A program made the translations under genes and the position numbers. The notes beneath the pieces were generated by a model. It searched no databases and was not told the DNA's origin. It was given only the letters and a program-made list of their open reading frames with translations. From IMG/VR virus record IMGVR_UViG_3300029989_000017: a stretch of DNA of 20,000 nucleotides; one strand, written 5' to 3'. This document shows, in pieces, positions 14,087-20,000 of the stretch; position 1 is the stretch's first letter; each line of letters opens with the position of its first letter. This stretch comes from an uncultured virus (IMG/VR IMGVR_UViG_3300029989_000017) (Duplodnaviria; Heunggongvirae; Uroviricota; Caudoviricetes).

Positions 14087-14523
14087 ACGAATGTACCGAC
14101 CCCGATCTCGGGGCCCGTCGGTGTTTTGTGTTTCCAACGTGTGCGGACAGCTCTGACGTCGATGTGGGTAAATCCGCCCACGTAAGCGTACAGGCCGATG
14201 CCGCCGCTCGTGTGCATCAGCGTCTCAGCGTAGACGGCGACAGCGAGAGGCGTGACGCCTGCGATCGTGATGTCGGCCGCGGTGCCTTGGCAATGCTGAG
14301 AGCCGTCTGTGGAGCCCTGCTTGGCGTTGTACGACTGATTTCTGTAGCCGCTGTTTACGGTCACGGGCTTGCCAAAGTGGGCCCTGATCTTCTCGAGGAC
14401 CGCGACGAGCTCATCAGAGACGAGGAGCGCCCCTGAGTCGTCGTGGCACTGAAATTCTTTTACTGTAAAATGACTGCTGAGCTTCAGCTCGGCGTCAGTA
14501 TATGCGTTGTAACTTTTTACCAT
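14083..14523 (-). CDS. Endolysin, peptidase M15A family
   Basis: HFTVKEFQCHD, LEKIRAHFGKPVTVNSGYR, SQHCQGTAADI, GGIGLY, FTHIDVR; AAAGGA RBS. Confidence 0.92.
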   Translation of the reverse strand: MVKSYNAYTDAELKLSSHFTVKEFQCHDDSGALLVSDELVAVLEKIRAHFGKPVTVNSGYRNQSYNAKQGSTDGSQHCQGTAADITIAGVTPLAVAVYAETLMHTSGGIGLYAYVGGFTHIDVRAVRTRWKHKTPTGPEIGVGTFV

Positions 14524-14616
14524 TGTGTTCCTTTCGTACAGGGAGGCCGAGGCTCGGTAGATGGCACGACCGAGCGCTCAGGCCTCTATCTCAAAGCGCC
14601 GAGCGCTGTTGAGGGC

Positions 14617-14814
14617 TTAGAACTTCGTGCTGTCCGTGGGGTTATTAAGCACCCCGACGAGGGTAAGTATTTCGAGGACTCCTGTGGCTACACCCTGAAA
14701 GACATCGCTTGTGATGCCAAGGGTGGCCCATCCGCCTGCAAGACCGATTATTGCCACGACCTGCGCGATGACTGCGGCCCACATCACGGGGCTTTTAAAT
14801 CTGTTCTGGTTCAT
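14617..14814 (-). CDS. Phage holin
   Basis: GAAGGAG RBS; QNRFKSPVMW..., two hydrophobic segments, GVLNNPT motif; upstream of the endolysin. Confidence 0.88.
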   Translation of the reverse strand: MNQNRFKSPVMWAAVIAQVVAIIGLAGGWATLGITSDVFQGVATGVLEILTLVGVLNNPTDSTKF

Positions 14815-15134
14815 ATTTCTCCTTCTGGCCATTCGGCTATATCTGATTCAAGCACTTCGATTGTGCCCGTGGAAACATTGCTTTTATGATTGGCGTCATC
14901 TACGACGCCGACTGTGAAGGACCACACACCACGAGGGCTCGCCGCTGTGTCTGCGCGGTCGAGCATCACGATGATCTTACCGCTGACGACGGAGGGCGCC
15001 TTCGTGATCTTGGCCGTGCCGTACTTCATCACAAAGATGAGCTGTGCGTCGGTCAGGTCCTTCGGAGCCCCGGCTTCGGTGACGGCTATACCGAGGGACA
15101 GGTCCGTGCCCGCGGGCATTGTAAAAGCATTCAT
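14811..15134 (-). CDS. BppU-N-like (Ig-fold) virion accessory protein
   Basis: GAGGTG RBS; G-TDLSLGIAV...DLTDAQLIF...GKIIVMLDRADT...GVWSF...GTIEV pattern. Confidence 0.6.
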   Translation of the reverse strand: MNAFTMPAGTDLSLGIAVTEAGAPKDLTDAQLIFVMKYGTAKITKAPSVVSGKIIVMLDRADTAASPRGVWSFTVGVVDDANHKSNVSTGTIEVLESDIAEWPEGEI

Positions 15135-15138
15135 TCGA

Positions 15139-16845
15139 TCACCTCTCGTATGCGAAGACACCCGCGAGCTCCACGTCCGACGTGAAGACCCCCGAGGCCT
15201 CGATCTGGTTTATAAACTCACCCGAGAGCTCAACCCCCGAAGTGAAGACGCCGTCTCCGCCGAGCTCGTACACGAAGTCAGCATAAAGCTGTATGTCGGC
15301 GTTCTCGAACGCGACGATCTTGCGCCCCTGAGCCTCTAGGCGGCCCTCTGCGAGAAGATAAGCCCTGCCGACGTGTTTTGCTACACCCTCGGCTATAAGC
15401 GCGCCTAGGCCGCCGAGGGCGGCCGCGCCGACCACGATATAGACTGCGGAGCCTGAGAGCGCGCCGTCGCCTGATAACGTAGCTGTCGCCGCAAGGACCC
15501 GCGTACCGTGGGCCGCAACGGTCTCCGAGCCCGCGAGCACCGCACCGCCATGTATGACGCGAGAGCCTGTCGCTGTGAGCGTGCTCGCGCCGCTGAGCAC
15601 TACGGACGAATGCGAGGGCGCTATGCCCGCCGCCGATAACGTGCTTGCGCCGCTGAGCTGAGCTGAGCTGTTCGTTTTGCGAAGGCCCGAGGCCGTCAGC
15701 CCGCCTGCGCCCGTGAAGACCTTAGCACCGACCTTGACGACGGTGCCCGCGGCCGACATCGTACTCGTACCTGCAAGGGCCGCCGAGCTGAGTCGCACAC
15801 GTTTGCCATTCGCTGTGATCAAGCCTGCGCCCGTGAGATGCGCCGAGACGTTTGAGGCAGGCACCACTCCTGAGGCCGTCAGCGCGCCTGTGCCTGCGAG
15901 AGCCGCCGAGCCTATCTTTACTCGCGTGCCTGCGGCAACGAACGCTCCTGCGCCCGAGAGGGCCACAGAGCTCTTCAGAATGCGTTTGCCCGCGGCAGTG
16001 ATCGCACTCGTACCTGTCAGGGACACCGAGCCTGCTGTTTTGCGCTTGCCTGTGGCCGAGACTGCGCTCGTACCTGTCAAGGCCACTGCGCCGATTTCGA
16101 CGCGCTTTCCCGTCGCTGTATACGTGCTCGTTCCTGCGAGAGCCGCCGAGCCTTTGAATATCTGCTTGCCTGTGGCCGCTAACGTGCTTGCGCCAGTTAG
16201 CGCCGAGGAGCCGAGCCTTACACGCACGCCCGAGGCCGTGATCGTGCTTGAACCCGAGAGGGCCGCCGAGCTGTTCGTCTTGCGAAGACCTGTTGCTATG
16301 ACCGAGCTCGTACCCGCGAGGGCCGCCGAGCCCTTCTGAATGCGTTTGCCTAGGGCTGTGATCGCGCCTGCGCCCGCCAGAGCGGCCGCACCGAGCTCTA
16401 TGCGTTTACCCGAGGCGGTGATGGCGCTCGTGCCTGCGAAGGCCACAGCGCTCTTCAGGATACGTTTACCCGCCGCTGTGGCTGTGCTCGTACCCGTCAG
16501 GGAGACAGAGCCCGACTTCTTGATTCCACCGATGGCCGACAACGTAGACGTGCCCGCGAGGTCCGCGTCTCCGAACTTTACAGGGTCGCCTTGGCCCGCC
16601 ATGAGCTGAGCCCACGTCAGGCCGCCAATCTGCATCCACGAGTCGCCGTCTAAGACGGTCCATGTACGTGGGTTGACAACGCCGACCGCGGTGACGGCGC
16701 TCGTGCCTGCGAGAGCCGCGGAGCCATCCTGCATTGGGGCGTAGGCGTCACGCTCTAGGGCTGTTGCAACGTCGTCGACGGGAAAGTGCTGAGTGATCGC
16801 CGCCCTCGACAGTAGTCTAGCGCGGCCGAGAAACCCACCTTGCAT
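15139..16845 (-). CDS. Gly/Ala/Ser/Thr-rich 20-aa repeat virion protein (fibre-like)
   Basis: AAGGAG RBS; many tandem units like KGSAALAGTSSVIATGLRKT; located in the late operon. Confidence 0.8.
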   Translation of the reverse strand: MQGGFLGRARLLSRAAITQHFPVDDVATALERDAYAPMQDGSAALAGTSAVTAVGVVNPRTWTVLDGDSWMQIGGLTWAQLMAGQGDPVKFGDADLAGTSTLSAIGGIKKSGSVSLTGTSTATAAGKRILKSAVAFAGTSAITASGKRIELGAAALAGAGAITALGKRIQKGSAALAGTSSVIATGLRKTNSSAALSGSSTITASGVRVRLGSSALTGASTLAATGKQIFKGSAALAGTSTYTATGKRVEIGAVALTGTSAVSATGKRKTAGSVSLTGTSAITAAGKRILKSSVALSGAGAFVAAGTRVKIGSAALAGTGALTASGVVPASNVSAHLTGAGLITANGKRVRLSSAALAGTSTMSAAGTVVKVGAKVFTGAGGLTASGLRKTNSSAQLSGASTLSAAGIAPSHSSVVLSGASTLTATGSRVIHGGAVLAGSETVAAHGTRVLAATATLSGDGALSGSAVYIVVGAAALGGLGALIAEGVAKHVGRAYLLAEGRLEAQGRKIVAFENADIQLYADFVYELGGDGVFTSGVELSGEFINQIEASGVFTSDVELAGVFAYER

Positions 16846-16854
16846 ATTGGCTCC

Positions 16855-17652
16855 TTATCCCTCTGCCACGACAAGAGTCCCTGTAAAAATACCCGTTGAG
16901 GTTGTTGAGCAGAGAACCATACCCGCGAGGCACGCGCCTGATTTTATCTCGGGCAGACCGAGCCCGAAAGAGTCGAGGGATACGCCCGAGTTGGCTAAGA
17001 TGATCGGTATGTCAGCGATACGCTTCAAGAGCGTTACACCGAAGTTACCCGCCGTGGTCAAGGTGCCTGATAGTATCAGCGAGGAGCAGGTGATGACACC
17101 TTTACCGCCCGCAGGAAAGTTGAATGGGTACATCTGCCCCGCGACGGGAGCGGCGGCAGGCAGAGGGCACACAGCTGTCTGCCCAGCGCCTAGGGAGGCG
17201 TCCTGATAGGTTAGCGAGGCGTTTGCCGCGGTCGAACCCATGATGGAATATACCTCAAGCCACGGCTCGACGCCGAATCCGTCAGTATACCGTGGGAGCG
17301 TCGGCGGCGTGAAGGCCTGAGCCGTCAGCACCGTGCCCGACATACCTGCGTTCGCCCACAGGCGGTCGTAAAGCGTGAGGACTCCGACCGTTGTACCTGC
17401 CATCTGTAGCCTTGCCAGATAGAGCTTGTTTGCGCCCGCGGGGGTTTGAATGCCTGCGGCCCCCGCCGTCGCGGTTGTACAGTTTGCGCCCGTGATATTC
17501 GCAGGCGCGGCCCCGAGAGAGGGCTGACCTGTCGCGAGCCAGAGCGATTGAAAAGCCGCCGCCGCTTTGGAGGCAATTGATGCTTTGAATATAGGCACGA
17601 CGTGCCCGTTATCGAGCGCGGCAACGAGCGTATTCTGCGAGGTTACTGCCAT
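16855..17652 (-). CDS. Putative virion structural protein
   Basis: AGGGGG RBS; 265 aa; Ala/Gly/Thr-rich, beta-strand-like composition. Confidence 0.7.
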   Translation of the reverse strand: MAVTSQNTLVAALDNGHVVPIFKASIASKAAAAFQSLWLATGQPSLGAAPANITGANCTTATAGAAGIQTPAGANKLYLARLQMAGTTVGVLTLYDRLWANAGMSGTVLTAQAFTPPTLPRYTDGFGVEPWLEVYSIMGSTAANASLTYQDASLGAGQTAVCPLPAAAPVAGQMYPFNFPAGGKGVITCSSLILSGTLTTAGNFGVTLLKRIADIPIILANSGVSLDSFGLGLPEIKSGACLAGMVLCSTTSTGIFTGTLVVAEG

Positions 17653-17665
17653 TTAAAGGCCCCCT

Positions 17666-18040
17666 TTAGGTGAGTGCGGCCGAGATTTGACCAATAGCGA
17701 AGTCGAAGCTGTCACCCGCCGTGAAGGTCTTAGAGGTGATAGCGCCGCCCCATATGAATGTACCGCCTGAGACAGCGGACCATATGCCGACGTAGGTTAC
17801 AGTGACGGCGGGCATACCCGTGAAGAGGACGTCTGTGGTGCTTGCGATCGCCTTAGCGGCCGCGGCAGAGCCGAAGGTCGCGGCTACGCGAGCGTAGGAG
17901 CCGCCTGTGACTTCACTCGTGCCTGTATCACCCGGGTCCGCAGTGTGCAAGGATATGTACGTCGCGGTGGGCGGCGTGATTGCGGTATTCCTGAGGTAAC
18001 AATTTAGAATCGCGTTTGCGATAGCTGTTACGAATGGCAT
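17666..18040 (-). CDS. Phage tail fibre-associated/minor tail protein
   Basis: AAGGAGG RBS; YISLHTADPGDTGTSEVTGGSYARV...VTYVGIWSAVSGGTF motif of a common small phage tail family. Confidence 0.75.
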   Translation of the reverse strand: MPFVTAIANAILNCYLRNTAITPPTATYISLHTADPGDTGTSEVTGGSYARVAATFGSAAAAKAIASTTDVLFTGMPAVTVTYVGIWSAVSGGTFIWGGAITSKTFTAGDSFDFAIGQISAALT

Positions 18041-18055
18041 TATAGTGTCCTCCTT

Positions 18056-18448
18056 TTATTTGAGTGGCAATTCAGCGACGCCCGACATGATCATGTCCGC
18101 GTCACCGTTGCCCCCTAGAACTTTGTGGTAAATGTCGTGCATATTAACAAGCCGCCGTCGATCGTCGGCGTCTACTTTCGCGTCGCGCAGATATGCGCGG
18201 CCGAGGTAAAGTATTCGGTCGAGGAGCATCTCGCGCACCGCGATCTCGATGCCCCCGAACCTAGTTGACATCTCGAGCCTGAGCGACGCGACTGCCGCGT
18301 CTGTGGCGCAGTCCTTGACCGCCGCGTTCTGTATCCGTACCTTGCGACACCGTAGCCGCCACTGGATAAATTGCTGAAGGAGCGTGACAGCCCCTGCTGA
18401 AATAATCCACCCGATAATAACGCCAGTATTTGTATTTCCTATCATCAC
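18056..18448 (-). CDS. Single-TM phage membrane protein (lysis-module associated)
   Basis: N-terminal hydrophobic helix; LLDRILYLGRAYL...MHDIYHKVLGGNG motif seen near holins in Firmicutes phages. Confidence 0.75.
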   Translation of the reverse strand: MMIGNTNTGVIIGWIISAGAVTLLQQFIQWRLRCRKVRIQNAAVKDCATDAAVASLRLEMSTRFGGIEIAVREMLLDRILYLGRAYLRDAKVDADDRRRLVNMHDIYHKVLGGNGDADMIMSGVAELPLK

Positions 18449-18490
18449 ACGACACCCATCTCTATCTATATTTTGTTGTGTGGTCGTACC

Positions 18491-18904
18491 CTAGAATTTG
18501 TAATGCGGCCTCTCCTCACCGAACAGCCAATACCTCAAGAAGTCGTCAAAAATAATAGCGACGAACGACAGCGCGTACCAGGCAAAGGCGAAGTATAGGC
18601 AAATCTGCCCGAGGAGGTTGAACGGGAGAGCGCTGTAGTCCCAAACGCCGAGCTTGAGCCAGAGGTTGAGGACTACACCGAAAATAAACTCTAACGAGAG
18701 GACGATGCCCGCCCCGATGAGCGCCTGAAGCGTCAGGTGCATATCGAAGCTCAGGTGCTCGTTTATGCCGCCGAGCAGGACAAAACAAAGCCCGCCGAGT
18801 ACAAACATCGACGGGTACGTGTGGCCGCGCCAGAGACACTCACAGAGGCCGTAGAGTATGCCTCCGTATATGAACAGGGTCAGGTGCTTAAAGACCGCGC
18901 GCAC
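18491..18904 (-). CDS. CmpB/putative ABC-permease-like multi-TM membrane protein
   Basis: GGILYGLCECLWRGHT...GGLCF...EFIFGVVLN...VWDYSALPFNLLGQICL. Confidence 0.8.
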   Translation of the reverse strand: MRAVFKHLTLFIYGGILYGLCECLWRGHTYPSMFVLGGLCFVLLGGINEHLSFDMHLTLQALIGAGIVLSLEFIFGVVLNLWLKLGVWDYSALPFNLLGQICLYFAFAWYALSFVAIIFDDFLRYWLFGEERPHYKF

Positions 18905-18909
18905 GGGCC

Positions 18910-19485
18910 TTAGCCCCCGCTGAGTAGGGCGAGCTTAGCGGAGAGGTCGCTCGCGAGGTCCTCAGGCAGAGGTGAGCCGAACATGATGCCGCTTAGCACA
19001 TCAGCGTCGGACTCACGGGCTACCCACTTGCGAAGCTCGCTGAAGTAGGTGCGATTGTAAGTGACGAACGAGAGGCCTTGATCGATGATCAGGCTCAAGT
19101 CCGCCGCTGAGTAAAACTCGTGGTCCTGTCCGTTAGCGTTGTAAAGCCACCCTGCGCCGCCGCCCGCTATGAGCAGTTTGAAGAGCGCGAGGTATGACTG
19201 ATCACGGTCGGTGAGCGGATAGTGCAAGGTGCCGAAGGATGTTGTCACGTCGATGCCCGCAAAGATGAACTGCTCTGTCGCTGTCGAGAACTCGGCGAGC
19301 TTCTGCCTACGCAGGGTCTCGATCGGGGGTGTGATTGTGACATAGCAGGCGTTGGCGACGTCGTAGCCGTCGGTCAGGAACTCAGCGAGAGGGTCGAGAG
19401 CTTTATATCGGCGTATGCCGTTCTCTTCAATCTCGATGTACCCCTTTTTGAGAGGGAGCAGGGTCTCGTTTATTGGTGTTGACAT
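18910..19485 (-). CDS. DUF4376-like tail fibre assembly-associated protein
   Basis: GGGAGG RBS; LRRQKLAEF...IFAGIDV...HYPLTDRDQ; directly downstream of the fibre gene. Confidence 0.6.
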   Translation of the reverse strand: MSTPINETLLPLKKGYIEIEENGIRRYKALDPLAEFLTDGYDVANACYVTITPPIETLRRQKLAEFSTATEQFIFAGIDVTTSFGTLHYPLTDRDQSYLALFKLLIAGGGAGWLYNANGQDHEFYSAADLSLIIDQGLSFVTYNRTYFSELRKWVARESDADVLSGIMFGSPLPEDLASDLSAKLALLSGG

Positions 19486-19497
19486 TGTTGTCCTCCC

Positions 19498-20000
19498 TTA
19501 CGTAAGCGCTTTGATATACGAGTTTAGAACGTCGTCCGCGAGGAGCGGTAGTCGCTTCGCGGGACAACTGAACACAGTTGTAGTCGAGTAGCCCCCTGCT
19601 ACGAAGTTGACACTGTCCTTCGCGATGTCCGTAAACTGGGAGGTGGGGACAATCTCTATATAATCCCAACTCTTTGTCACATCATCCGTCGACAGGATGT
19701 AGGTCCCTATGGGCGAAGATGAGCTCTGCAATTGTCCCACTATGTAAAGCACGCCATCTAGTAGCCGAAGGGTCGAAGCGGTACAGCTTGGCGGGAGAGT
19801 CTTAATTCGCCGCGCCGTCAGATTGGTGGAGAGAGGAGGAGCCGTTGAGTAATAAATTTTTACGGCTGTTTCGTAGGTCCCGGACGGCGTCGACACAAAA
19901 ACGAACCGGGCCCCGTCATACACCGCGTACAGCCCGGTGGCGTTAGCGCCTAGCCCCTGCCATGACCCCCCTGAGCTTCTCGCCTGCGCGGTGGTCATGT
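19498..20000 (-). CDS. Tail fibre/receptor-binding protein, C-terminal part (5' end outside the window)
   Basis: Open frame to the window edge; beta-propeller-like segments (YDGARFVFV, DSVNFVAGG); ends SYIKALT as many Firmicutes phage fibres do. Confidence 0.6.
   Translation of the reverse strand, partial: MTTAQARSSGGSWQGLGANATGLYAVYDGARFVFVSTPSGTYETAVKIYYSTAPPLSTNLTARRIKTLPPSCTASTLRLLDGVLYIVGQLQSSSSPIGTYILSTDDVTKSWDYIEIVPTSQFTDIAKDSVNFVAGGYSTTTVFSCPAKRLPLLADDVLNSYIKALT

Noticed and set aside
15677..16609. Plus-strand repetitive ORFs (220 aa and 89 aa)
   Set aside because: Antisense shadows of the repeat protein; no RBS.
19498..20000. Diversity-generating retroelement target in the fibre C-terminus
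   Set aside because: No template/variable repeat pair or reverse transcriptase is visible in this window.

Overview
Segment of a tailed dsDNA phage or prophage, probably infecting a Firmicutes/Clostridia-type host (sigmaA-like promoters, strong GGAG ribosome-binding sites, Clostridia-phage-like holin and CmpB-like genes). There are three blocks. (1) 1-1414, minus strand: start of a replication/recombination operon (Cro-like HTH, Ala/Lys-rich protein, DUF2800 Cas4-like nuclease). (2) 1560-13216, plus strand: about 35 small, tightly coupled early/accessory ORFs, including an XRE regulator, an ADP-ribosylglycohydrolase, a Lar-like protein and a Zn-finger/OB-fold protein. This block is punctuated by six copies of a conserved operator+promoter+RBS cassette and contains an iteron-rich putative origin. 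(3) 13256-20000, minus strand: end of the tail genes and the lysis module (holin, M15 peptidase, PG-binding/phosphodiester glycosidase), ending at a bidirectional terminator. The most notable signals are two near-identical circularly permuted twister-like ribozymes (3757-3814, 6884-6942), each overlapping the stop codon of the first gene behind a repeated promoter, and reciprocal mosaicism among the promoter cassettes that suggests recombinational shuffling of gene modules. All family calls are from motif recognition by eye; no database search was run.
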